The notes beneath the pieces were generated by a model. It did not search any database and had not been told where the DNA came from. It worked only from the letters and a program-made list of their open reading frames with translations. DNA of 41,254 nt from Bacteroidota bacterium (GTDB lineage: Bacteria > Bacteroidota > Bacteroidia > Flavobacteriales > Flavobacteriaceae): assembly GCA_024278565.1 (NCBI GenBank), contig JAJRSY010000010.1:1-41254 (forward strand). Direction: 5' to 3'. Shown piece by piece: positions 17,401-25,798 of the stretch. Numbering within the stretch: position 1 is the first letter of the stretch; every line of letters begins with the position of its first letter. The position numbers were made by a program, and so were the translations under genes.

Positions 17401-20400
17401 GAAAGGTAACGGTCTCGATTTCAAGATCGGTTCTGGGGTAGGGCACCGAAATATTTATAGTGTCCGATTGAAAATAATTGTAGGCCGAAAAACTGTAGGT
17501 GACCGCAAACCCACCTAGGTCATCTTTGGTGACGGGTATCGAAAAACTCTCTGAACTCTTGTTCAAATGAATTAATTTGGTATCGATTGTTTTTTGGTCT
17601 TTTTCAACATGAACGGTTACGGTTAGGTCTTCTGAATTTGAAAGCAAGGTGACCTTTACCTTGTCACCAATTGCATAATTTTGCTTATTGGTCTTGATTT
17701 CGAACAATTGGTTGTCGGCCAGTGTTTTATCGGTAGGGCTGAACAGGGTGGTTTGTACTACGTCTTTAACCGTTTGACCGAACTTGTCTTTGCTTTCCAA
17801 TTCGATGACGTACTTGCCCGAGGACCACTTAGTACTGTTGGCAAGGGTGATTTCGGTCGATTTTTCGGTGTCAAATGTTGCTTGCCAAACCAGTTGCCCT
17901 TTTTTCCAAGTGGAAGGGTCGTGTTCATTTTCGAAAGCATCATGGGGGTACAGTTCTTTGAATTTGGATGTACTGAAACCGGCATAGTCAGGTGCTGCCC
18001 AAGGTCTGGGCCGCAGTATATGTTCAGGTGTTATTAGTTTGTACATTTTCAGAGCCCCCGTTGCGGGTACCGATTGGCCGTTCAGGTTATTGGTTGAAAC
18101 CGTGATCTTGGTTTCTTTTTCATCTTTGTTCAATGGGTCTGGGATATTGATATTGGCGGTCATGGCATGGTACCCGATCGTAACCATTGTGGTGGTACTA
18201 TGCGTTTCACCATTGATGTCGGTAACATCGGCCGTGATTTCATAACTGAAAGTGGGCAAGTTCTTTTTGTCGACCGTGTTATCGGGAATGGCCTTGAAAT
18301 TGATTTGGTATTTGCCGGAAGCATCGGTCGTGGTTTCACCATGGGCGATTTCTTGCGGACTGGCATTGTAATAGGGGTGGTGCCAATAGTACCATCTTGG
18401 AAAATAGACCGCTCTTTTGACCCTGTAAGTGACTTTGGCTTCTGTGATATTGCTTCCGGCATAGGCCATCGCTTTTCCGTTTACCGTTACGCTGTCGTTC
18501 ACCTTATAGGTTGCGGTAATTGGCTCGAAGGAAGTCTCGAATTTGGGGCGTTTATATTCTTCCACAGAAATAGCAGCATAACCGCTAATGGCGATTTGCT
18601 TTGATGTCACTTGTAGCGAAAAACTACCGGTAAGTCCGTTATTGGGTATGATGAATTCCCCAGAAAACGAGCCGTAATCATTTGTTTTGAAGTTTTGGGT
18701 ACCGACCACCTGCTGGTTTACATCTTTCAATTCAACCGTGACTTCTTTGTTTATGAGTACAGATGTCACCCCTTGGTTGTTCTGAATGGCAATGCCCTTG
18801 AAATACAAGGGTTGACCAGGGCGATAGATGCTACGGTCTGTAAATAGAAAACAGGGATTTGTAATGCCTTCATTGTCTTGGTCGTATCTGCTGTCAACAT
18901 AAAAACCATCAAAAAAGGCCTTGTCATTTGCATGGGTGATTGTGATACTGACATCGTTCCAATACGCTTTGGTCAGCGGTAAACTGACTGTTCCGGTTTT
19001 ATCGGTAAACTGGGTTTTGGCCAGTTTGGGGCGGTTGTAATTTTTGCGATAGGCAAAAGTCATCTTTGCTTCAGTGATAGGTTTCCCTTTGTGGCGATCT
19101 ACTAACTGAAAGTGGTGGTGGGTATTCGTTCGGGTCTCTATCAAGGCCAAATTGGTCACTTGTACCTGACTATATGCAAAGGTCTTGTCGGTATCTTTTT
19201 TGGGCATTGCTAAAATCACATACCGCCCATTTCTCAGGGGCGGCATTGAAATTTCGGTGCTGTGGGTTTGATAATCTCCTTCGTTCTTTAGTTCCGTTTT
19301 CCATTGTTCCACAATTGATAATTTTTTGAGGAACGCCAGTTTTTTAGGTTCGGGATACAACTCGTTCAATTTTTTCAATTGGCTGGGTGTTATTTTACGA
19401 ACCGAAAGTTGCAATGCATTGTGGTTTTTGTAATTGACCAATAAGCGTGCGGTTGTATTTATGGGAATATGCCTTTCGGTGGTCAATTGCAGGTTTTTGG
19501 CCAAAATATCACTTTTGAGCACCCTGCATTTATCGGCGCCTTTGCTTTTGGGGAATTCAGAAATTACAGCAGCGCAAATCCCCAATGCTTCCTTGAGTCG
19601 CCATTGGTGTTTTTCATTGACTTTTGGTTGGTAGGTATTGCCCTGTTGTTGGTACAGGGCGGCAATCTCGTAATCGTATAGTGAGCTGTTGGGGTTTAGT
19701 TTTAGGCCTTCGGCCGTATTTTGGAGCACTTTCAAATACTGTTCGTCCTTATTTTCAAAAGTAGCATATTGGTGAATGAACCTAAGGCGTTCGATATCGA
19801 CCTCGACATAGGCATCGAAAGACTTGTCGCCCAAATGAAATTTCAATAATTGCTGGTATATTAACAGTGCTTTTGATTGCAACGAGGTTTTGTCTTTGGT
19901 GTTTATGTGCTGTTGGGTAAATTGATAGGCCTCGCACATAATTTCAGGGTCGTTCAACTCAAACTTATCAGCGGGTCGGGTAATGTTGTTTTCACTGGTC
20001 TTGTAAAATTTGAGCGCTGTATGGGCCAGTAGATCAAACAGGGTAGGGCGGTACCGCTCAGAACCGGATTCCTTGTTCAGGATTACATTGAATTCAGATA
20101 CCGAAACTTGTTGTAGACCCAATTCGTTTTTTAGTGAATTGTCAAAGAGGTTGCCTATTTCCTCGAAAAGGGTGGTCAGGTCCCATGTGCGAAAATCTGT
20201 GGAATCAACCTTGGTCTCTGTTTTGGTGCGGTTGTAAAATTGATAGCGGTTTTGCTGAAAAAACCGCCAATAGAGATTTGCTAAATAGCTCTCCAGTACG
20301 TTCTTAGTGGGAAAATTGCTCTTGTTTATCTCAGACTTAAAATCAGTGATGATCTTCAGTTGGGCATCTTCTTCTAAGGTCAAGGCATATTTAGAGGTAT

Positions 20401-20611
20401 ATAGCAATGCCTTTAAAATTTGCGCTGAATTCTTTTCCTTTTTAGCCTTTTCTGAAATGGATTTGACCACTTTCAGAGCAGATTTGGTCAAGGCATCATT
20501 TTCGAGTTTTTGTACATTTTTCCATAAACTTGTATATGAATCATTGTTTTTCTGTGATTGAGCCGTTTGCGAAAAAAAGAATAGTGCGAGTATAATGGTA
20601 ATGTTCTTCAT
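14441..20611 (-). CDS. Bacterial alpha-2-macroglobulin family protein
   Basis: Signal peptide, MG2 motif FTDRSIYRPGQ, VEEYKRPKF, IRKNLQETAFF, thioester motif CNEQ (16117-16106), C-terminal SMYAPEF. Confidence 0.93.
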   Translation of the reverse strand: MKNITIILALFFFSQTAQSQKNNDSYTSLWKNVQKLENDALTKSALKVVKSISEKAKKEKNSAQILKALLYTSKYALTLEEDAQLKIITDFKSEINKSNFPTKNVLESYLANLYWRFFQQNRYQFYNRTKTETKVDSTDFRTWDLTTLFEEIGNLFDNSLKNELGLQQVSVSEFNVILNKESGSERYRPTLFDLLAHTALKFYKTSENNITRPADKFELNDPEIMCEAYQFTQQHINTKDKTSLQSKALLIYQQLLKFHLGDKSFDAYVEVDIERLRFIHQYATFENKDEQYLKVLQNTAEGLKLNPNSSLYDYEIAALYQQQGNTYQPKVNEKHQWRLKEALGICAAVISEFPKSKGADKCRVLKSDILAKNLQLTTERHIPINTTARLLVNYKNHNALQLSVRKITPSQLKKLNELYPEPKKLAFLKKLSIVEQWKTELKNEGDYQTHSTEISMPPLRNGRYVILAMPKKDTDKTFAYSQVQVTNLALIETRTNTHHHFQLVDRHKGKPITEAKMTFAYRKNYNRPKLAKTQFTDKTGTVSLPLTKAYWNDVSITITHANDKAFFDGFYVDSRYDQDNEGITNPCFLFTDRSIYRPGQPLYFKGIAIQNNQGVTSVLINKEVTVELKDVNQQVVGTQNFKTNDYGSFSGEFIIPNNGLTGSFSLQVTSKQIAISGYAAISVEEYKRPKFETSFEPITATYKVNDSVTVNGKAMAYAGSNITEAKVTYRVKRAVYFPRWYYWHHPYYNASPQEIAHGETTTDASGKYQINFKAIPDNTVDKKNLPTFSYEITADVTDINGETHSTTTMVTIGYHAMTANINIPDPLNKDEKETKITVSTNNLNGQSVPATGALKMYKLITPEHILRPRPWAAPDYAGFSTSKFKELYPHDAFENEHDPSTWKKGQLVWQATFDTEKSTEITLANSTKWSSGKYVIELESKDKFGQTVKDVVQTTLFSPTDKTLADNQLFEIKTNKQNYAIGDKVKVTLLSNSEDLTVTVHVEKDQKTIDTKLIHLNKSSESFSIPVTKDDLGGFAVTYSFSAYNYFQSDTINISVPYPRTDLEIETVTFRDKLQPGTDEIWSFKIKGPKGDKVAAELLASMYDASLDAFKSHYWDFHPLHKPNYYSHRYANAQQSFGTRPFNTYNLDYDSYSYNTQYSEQYFDSFDWFGLHFGYGRLRIRRSKGLVGGRMGKNAAPMPEMKMEADGAELEKIIVEGSASKKKDKTGVNKPKTQTSIAEQKENQESSFDDVKIRKNLQETAFFLPRLLTDKEGNVSFSFTTPEALTKWKLQLLAHTKNLESSVKILETVTQKELMVIPNAPRFLREGDEIVISSKIANLTDKTLSGQAKLELTDAVSGKDVSSELLLSSSLGGGAAGGGGQIEASRKFQVDSLGNTQVSWTLKIPENIQAVQYKVMAKAGNFSDGEQNVLPVLTNRMLVTETMPMWVRSDQTKTFVLKKLRNNTSTTLKHHKLTLEITSNPAWYAVQALPYLMEYPYECNEQTFSRYYANTLASHISNSNPRIKEVFDLWASSDALVSNLEKNQELKSLLIQETPWLRDAQSETEQKKRIALLFDLNKMKSEQAIALNKLRQNQEPSGAWAWFNGGPDNRFITQHIVTGLGHLNKLTAPSSVAEMSTTLSDRTSTTDNNEALIRNAIAYLDREFVSEYSRMKKYATNLKDDHLSQTQIHYLYMRSFFKGVKRSKKVNEITPYYKGQAQKYWMNKSLYSKGMLALILNRMDDSTTSNKIIRSLKENSITSEELGMYWKENTNSWYWYQAPIETQALLIEAFSEIQNDTKTIDNLKIWLLKNKQANQWKTTKATTDAVYALLLQGSDWLSVTEAVEVLVGGEKIDASKLENVKVEAGTGYYKTTWNDNGVKPKMAEVQIRKKGEGIAWGALYWQYFENLDKITSAETPLKLKKKLFLKKNTDTGEEISEITSKTKLKVGDLIRARIELRADRPMEFVHMKDMRASGLEPVNVISRYKWQDGLGYYESTKDASTNFFFDHLPKGVYIFEYDLRINNAGEFSNGITTIQSMYAPEFSSHSEGVRVLIGNR
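15675..15727. repeat. REP-derived palindrome inside the A2M coding sequence
   Basis: GGTCACTGAGCGTAGTCGA-catc-TCGGCTACGCTTGA, same family as the intergenic GAGCGCAGTCGAGA/TCTCGACTGCGCTCGA pair at 29746-29799. Confidence 0.7.
16471..16510. repeat. Second REP-like palindrome inside the A2M coding sequence
   Basis: CCTCCTCC-GCCTGCGGCACCTCCCCCCAA-GGAGGAGG; encodes SSSLGGGAAGGGG. Confidence 0.65.
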
Positions 20612-20692
20612 AGGTATAAAATTACACAACAAATATGTATCCTATTCCATTGACGGGCAATAATAAATGAGTAAAGGGTCGTTTTGGGTGAG

Positions 20693-20890
20693 TGAAGGGC
20701 TGTTTGCGAACATAAAAAGTGCCCAGTAATGAACGGTCGTTCATTGCTAATGTGAATCAAGGGTTGAAAATAACATTGAAAAGCAAGCAAGCCATTTGGG
20801 CTAAAGCCCAGTGAGTTCCCTTCCGTACTCCAGCTTAAAAACCGTGGCAATGGAACTCGGGACCGGTTTTTCAATAAAAAAACAGTCTCT
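20693..20890. repeat. Degenerate MITE-like/REP-containing segment
   Basis: Imperfect ends AGGGCTGTTT / AAACAGTCTC; internal hairpins AGTAATGAACG-gt-CGTTCATTGCT and TGGGCT-aa-AGCCCA. Confidence 0.35.
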
Positions 20891-20895
20891 AAGCG

Positions 20896-21056
20896 ATCAA
20901 TAGTTCGGTAAATTTTTGTAGACAATAGCAAGCTAGTGTCGCAATTCTTTTATTTTCAATGCTTTAACCCGTTCGTCCGTCTGGTTTACCTGCCGTAGGC
21001 ATGGCAGGCGGGCTCATAATTCAGTATTCATAACTCATAATTACAGAAGTGTTGTT
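20896..21056. repeat. Direct repeat element, copy 1
   Basis: Begins ATCAATAGTTCGGTA and ends GTTGTT; 20942-21036 is identical to 22008-22102. Confidence 0.92.
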
Positions 21057-21062
21057 AAAACT

Positions 21063-21920
21063 TCATTGTTGATCTGCACCACCAATAAAGGCGTTTCCAT
21101 TCTCATCTTGATTTGTAGGAGGACTTGTTTGAGTGAAAATTGACAAATCATCAACATATACATGATTATTATTAGGTGGGTTCTCATTGTTCCAATAAGT
21201 AAACAAGTAAAATCCATCAATAACTCCTCCTGCATCTGTAATAGTCGGTACATCGGTACGGTCAAATATCAATTTATTATCCCTCCAGATTCGAAAACGC
21301 CCGTTACCGCCATCATCAACACTTACATCGTCCACAGACAAATACATCTCATACGTTTCCCAAGTGTCTCTGGGAATTGCGTTACCATCATAATATTCCC
21401 AAATATCGTGTATTTCTTTAATAGTCTGCAACACTTGTACCGTATCATTGGCGTTATTAACATATAGATCATTATACCCGCCATTGGAGCCATCTCCTTG
21501 TTTATTGTGCAGTCGCAAGAACTTCATAAATGGAGTGGCACTAAATTCAAAAGATGATGGCCAATATATTGCTAACCTCACCCATACTTCGCCTCCTTTT
21601 GGAATAGTTGGGCTAAGCGGTATAATTCCTCCCCAATATCCAAACCCGCCATCATTTTCAGGTTTGATTTCCATTTTGGCAGATGTAGTGCCAGAAAAAC
21701 TTTGTTCAGTACTTGCTTTTGTGTTGCCAGAAGCACCAAAAGGATTTCCACCAGAAAGGGGTACGCCGTCTGCATAATTTTCAAAATCATCTATAAAATA
21801 TGCGTTTGCAGTTTCATAAAAAGTCGTACCATCAGTTGGTGTTGCTGTGTCATCGTTATTATCGCAACCTATTGTTGTTAATATTAATGACAATACTATT
21901 ATTTTAATTGTTGTTTTCAT
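21063..21920 (-). CDS. Lipoprotein with polysaccharide-lyase-like beta-jelly-roll domain
   Basis: Lipobox TIG-C after MKTTIKIIVLSLIL; DDFE, WETYEMY...GRFRIWRDNKLIF and YVDDL pattern; visibly more AT-rich codons than its neighbours. The function is inferred. Confidence 0.65.
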   Translation of the reverse strand: MKTTIKIIVLSLILTTIGCDNNDDTATPTDGTTFYETANAYFIDDFENYADGVPLSGGNPFGASGNTKASTEQSFSGTTSAKMEIKPENDGGFGYWGGIIPLSPTIPKGGEVWVRLAIYWPSSFEFSATPFMKFLRLHNKQGDGSNGGYNDLYVNNANDTVQVLQTIKEIHDIWEYYDGNAIPRDTWETYEMYLSVDDVSVDDGGNGRFRIWRDNKLIFDRTDVPTITDAGGVIDGFYLFTYWNNENPPNNNHVYVDDLSIFTQTSPPTNQDENGNAFIGGADQQ

Positions 21921-21938
21921 TTTATTTATTTTTCTTTT

Positions 21939-22123
21939 ATCAATAGTTCGGTAGGTTTTTGTATACAATTGATTTTTAGTAAGTTATACGATGGTAAGCT
22001 AGCATTTCAATTCTTTTATTTTCAATGCTTTAACCCGTTCGTCCGTCTGGTTTACCTGCCGTAGGCATGGCAGGCGGGCTCATAATTCAGTATTCATAAC
22101 TCGTAATTACACGAAATGTTGTT
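21939..22123. repeat. Direct repeat element, copy 2
   Basis: Same ends and 95 bp core as copy 1, about 24 bp longer near its left end. Confidence 0.92.
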
Positions 22124-22137
22124 TATACCAATTATAA

Positions 22138-22340
22138 TACCTTAAATCCGCAAGGGTTTTCGTAGCGAAAAGTCTAAATGTCTGTTAGTGTTGGTCTAGC
22201 GCAGAAAAAAGTAACGCAGACGTATCATTAGATACGGTGAGCAGGTTTTTTTTGGCCTGCCTGTGCACGGCAGACAGGCATTGCCAACAATGACGGGCAG
22301 TTAGGCTTTGCAGTAGAAATACCCTTGCGGATTTAAGGTA
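22138..22340. mobile_element. MITE-like long hairpin element (about 200 bp)
   Basis: Perfect 20 bp terminal inverted repeat TACCTTAAATCCGCAAGGGT / ACCCTTGCGGATTTAAGGTA; arms continue imperfectly to about 58 bp. Confidence 0.8.
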
Positions 22341-22493
22341 ATAACCAATCAGTTTAGTTAAATGACTGATAATCAACGGTTTTTGTGTCATTGGAAAATC
22401 GAATCAGATTCAAAAAAATCTATGTTCCGACCTCAAAAAACACTGGCTCAATACTTTGAAAATAAGATGCTTACGGTGCTTTTTAAACTAAAA

Positions 22494-22643
22494 GTAACTG
22501 TTCAGTCGTTTTAAAAAAAATAGAGAATAAATGATTTTTTTTGTGAAACACACCCCAAGCCCCTCTCAAGAGGAGAATATTGGTGTTTATTCTCTATTTT
22601 TTTATCCCATTTGTTCTAATTTTACTATCGGCTGAACAGTTAC
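22494..22643. mobile_element. 150 bp MITE with 8 bp target-site duplication
   Basis: TIR GTAACTGTTCAGTCG / CGGCTGAACAGTTAC (14/15), flanked by AACTAAAA at 22486-22493 and 22644-22651. Confidence 0.85.
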
Positions 22644-22703
22644 AACTAAAAAGGGCATACTGATTAGTTGCCAATTATATTATTATTTTGTTACCTATGT
22701 TTT

Positions 22704-24827
22704 TTATTTCCAATCCACTATCACAAATTCACAGCGTCTGTTGATTTCGTGTTGTTGTTCTGTGCAGGCCTCTTCGGTCGCACATTTTATAATGGTTTTG
22801 GTCTCACCATATCCTTTGGGTGTTAGGCGGTTCTTGTCGATTCCGTTTTCCACAAGGTATTCAACAACCGAGTTAGATCGTTTTTGCGAAAGGTCCGTAT
22901 TGTATTTATTGTTTCCGCGAATGTCGGTATGGGTACCTATTTCTAGAACAATACCGGGGTTTTCTTTTAAAATGCGCAGTATCTCATCCAAGGTTTCCTT
23001 CGACTTTAACCGTATGTACCACAGGTCGTAATCGAAGTGGATCTTTGGCTCTGCCTTTATGACAATTCGCTCACCCTGACGTTCGATGGCCGGTTCTTTT
23101 TCGATGCCTTTTTCAATGCGTTGTAAACGTTCTTTTTCAGCCTTTTCTTTAGCTTTTTCGGCTTTCTTTCTTGCATTTTCTTCTTCTTTCAGTCTTTCTT
23201 CTTCCGCAAGTTGGGCTTTTCTAGCTTCTTCCTCTTTTTCTTTTTGAAGAGCTTCCGATTTTTGTTTCTGTACTTCTGAGTGTGATATCAGCTCAAGAGA
23301 ACCGTCTTTTATACTGCTTCGGTCTTTGTTGGTGATCACTATTTTCGAACTTTCTTCATAAGCGATTTTTCTGCCCTGTACTTTATATTCGGCCTCACAT
23401 GAAGCGGTAAACTTGAATTCGGCATCTTGCGATGCAGTTTGTGTTTCTATGATATTGCCCTCGCTGTCCACAAGCACGACTTCGGCGAATGCGATAGGTA
23501 GTTTGGTTGTCGCATCGGTGATGGTACCTGCAATATACTGTTTGCAATCTTCAATGATCAGTTCTTTGGTTTCTGTGAACTGATAAATATCGTCACTACC
23601 TTTTCCATCGGGCCGGTTTGAAGAAAAGAATCCTTTTTTCTCACCGTGGTTCACCGCATATGCAAAGTCATCGAACCCACTGTTGATTGGCTTGCCAACA
23701 TTGTTGGGCTTTTGAAAAGTACCGTTCTGTTGTTTTGATACAAAAACATCCAACAGTCCGAAACCTGCATGGCCGTTTGAGGAAAAATACAATTGGTTTG
23801 ATTCACCGATAAACGGAAATTGCTCTCTACGCTCTGTATTTATGGTCTTTCCTAAATTTATTGGGTCTCCGTAGGTTCCGTTGTCGTTGATGGCGACGGA
23901 ATACAGATCCAATGAACCAAATCCGCCCGGTCTGTCAGAGGAAAAATACAGGGTGTTTTCCGAAGGATCCAAAGTGGGATGCTCGGTAGAATGATCGTCA
24001 TTATTGAAAGGTAGTTCAACCTCGTTCTGCCATTTGTTATCAACCCATTCCGCCTTGTATATTTTCAATCTTGAGACTTTGTTGCCATCGGTTTTCTTTT
24101 TTCCCTTTGATAAATTATTTCGGGTAAAATAGATGGTTTTTCTATCTTTGGTAATGGCAAAAGTGGCTTCGTGCATTTTGGTATTGATGGTTTCCGAATA
24201 GTTTGTACTGATGCTGTCACCAATAGCCAATTGACTCATTGGATGTGCATACATATCCAAATAACTTTCATTGTTCCATCGATACATTTTTTTTACGAGT
24301 GCCTTCTTTTTGGGTGCTGAATAAATCAATGTGCTATCGACCTTTACGGCACCGAATTCCGATTTGGCAGTGTTCAATGCGAGGTTTTCAAGGTCAAAAC
24401 GCGCTCCTATGGCATCCACATTTTCCAAATGGGTCAATTGTGCCTGTAACTCAGCCACTTTTCCAGGTTGGTTTTGGGCTGCATAATACGCCATCAAGAC
24501 CTCGGTGGCCTCTTCATATTCGCCAACGGCTTTTAAGGTTTGGCTGTATTTGAAGAAATAGCTTTCGTCAAGGTTTTCACCGTAAACAGAGGTCAGGTAC
24601 GAATACCATTTTGCCGCATTGGGCAGTTGGTTGGTATTGTAGTAACTGTCGGCCAGGTTTTTGATGACCACAGAGCTCTTATTGGTCTTTGCCAGTTCTT
24701 CGTACAGCGGTATTGCATCGGTGTAGTAAGCCCTTTCAAAATAAGTATTGGCGCGTTTGAGGTCTTGCTGCGCATAAGAGGCTTGCATGAACCCGAAACA
24801 TAGTATGGTGAACAGTATTTTTTTCAT
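22704..24827 (-). CDS. OmpA-family protein with TPR, PD40/WD40-like and carboxypeptidase-regulatory domains (PorE-like)
   Basis: Signal peptide, TPRs, LYFSSDRPGGFGSLDLY repeats, C-terminal HTDIRG...YNTDLSQKR...NRRCEF. Confidence 0.88.
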   Translation of the reverse strand: MKKILFTILCFGFMQASYAQQDLKRANTYFERAYYTDAIPLYEELAKTNKSSVVIKNLADSYYNTNQLPNAAKWYSYLTSVYGENLDESYFFKYSQTLKAVGEYEEATEVLMAYYAAQNQPGKVAELQAQLTHLENVDAIGARFDLENLALNTAKSEFGAVKVDSTLIYSAPKKKALVKKMYRWNNESYLDMYAHPMSQLAIGDSISTNYSETINTKMHEATFAITKDRKTIYFTRNNLSKGKKKTDGNKVSRLKIYKAEWVDNKWQNEVELPFNNDDHSTEHPTLDPSENTLYFSSDRPGGFGSLDLYSVAINDNGTYGDPINLGKTINTERREQFPFIGESNQLYFSSNGHAGFGLLDVFVSKQQNGTFQKPNNVGKPINSGFDDFAYAVNHGEKKGFFSSNRPDGKGSDDIYQFTETKELIIEDCKQYIAGTITDATTKLPIAFAEVVLVDSEGNIIETQTASQDAEFKFTASCEAEYKVQGRKIAYEESSKIVITNKDRSSIKDGSLELISHSEVQKQKSEALQKEKEEEARKAQLAEEERLKEEENARKKAEKAKEKAEKERLQRIEKGIEKEPAIERQGERIVIKAEPKIHFDYDLWYIRLKSKETLDEILRILKENPGIVLEIGTHTDIRGNNKYNTDLSQKRSNSVVEYLVENGIDKNRLTPKGYGETKTIIKCATEEACTEQQHEINRRCEFVIVDWK

Positions 24828-24838
24828 GGTGGTTTCTT

Positions 24839-25777
24839 CTAGTAGAATCGTGGTGATTTATCGTATCCTTTGTTAAGCCCTAACAGGTCAAGGTCAAAAA
24901 GAAGGAATATTTCATGTGAACCGGCACTAAAATCGCTGAGGTTCGATAAGGTATAATCATAGGCGTAACCAATACGTAGTGCGGGCAGTACGGCTATATT
25001 GAACATGGCACTTACCGAATCCTCCAATCGGTACGAGGCACCTACTTCAAATCTTCCGTTGATCAATGCGTTTAAAGAGGCATCAACGGTAAGGGGCGAT
25101 CCCTTTACCATTTTTGTCAGCATTGAAGGTTTTATCTTTAGGTTCGAACTCAGCTCATAAACATAGCCTGCGGTTAGGAAAACATGTATTTCCTCAGAGC
25201 CCAGGCCTGTAATGCCATCTCTATTTTCTAAATATTTTGATGACAAAAGATTAGGTATCGAGGCTCCGGCATAAAAATTCTGCCTGTGGTAAAATGCCCC
25301 GACCCCTATATTCGGAAAGCTATTGTTTATGTTCGAATTGAATACGGGATCATCTTGAAGTTCTGGCAATCTGAATCCGCTAAAATCGGTCTCGAAATTG
25401 GTAACCCCTGCTTTTAGGCCCAATGAAATATTACTTAGGTCATCAAGCTTTAAGATGTAGGCGAAATCAACATAAAGGTTGGTTTCCTTTACGGCCCCAT
25501 CACCTATTCTGTCACTGATCAGTGATAGGCCGGTCTCGATCTTCTCATTGATGGGTACATGCCCAAAAAAGGTCACTGTTTTGGGCCCACCAAGTGCACT
25601 TACCCATTGTGACCTGTAGAGCATGCCAAAATTGAGCATACCAAGGTCATTGGTGGTGTAGGCGGGGTTGATGACACTCATATTGTACATGTACTGGGTG
25701 TACTGTGGGTCTTGCTGGGCATATGCCTTCCATTGTGTGAAGAACAAAAGTATGCCTATATATAGTAGTTTTTTCAT
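24839..25777 (-). CDS. T9SS membrane protein, PorP/SprF family
   Basis: AQQDPQYTQYMYN, INPAY, YRSQW, GYAYD, GSHEI, C-terminal SPRFY. Confidence 0.92.
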   Translation of the reverse strand: MKKLLYIGILLFFTQWKAYAQQDPQYTQYMYNMSVINPAYTTNDLGMLNFGMLYRSQWVSALGGPKTVTFFGHVPINEKIETGLSLISDRIGDGAVKETNLYVDFAYILKLDDLSNISLGLKAGVTNFETDFSGFRLPELQDDPVFNSNINNSFPNIGVGAFYHRQNFYAGASIPNLLSSKYLENRDGITGLGSEEIHVFLTAGYVYELSSNLKIKPSMLTKMVKGSPLTVDASLNALINGRFEVGASYRLEDSVSAMFNIAVLPALRIGYAYDYTLSNLSDFSAGSHEIFLLFDLDLLGLNKGYDKSPRFY

Positions 25778-25798
25778 GTTGTTTTTTGCTAGCTCGGT

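Noticed and set aside
20608-20931. 107 aa ORF upstream of A2M
   Set aside because: It runs through repeat elements, has a non-ATG start and shows no protein-like motifs.
20896-22123. CRISPR array or canonical integron
   Set aside because: Only two long repeats, no spacers of CRISPR size, no cas or intI gene, and the ends do not fit RYYYAAC/GTTRRRY.
22185-22391. 68 aa ORF
   Set aside because: It lies across a MITE; probably a chance open frame.
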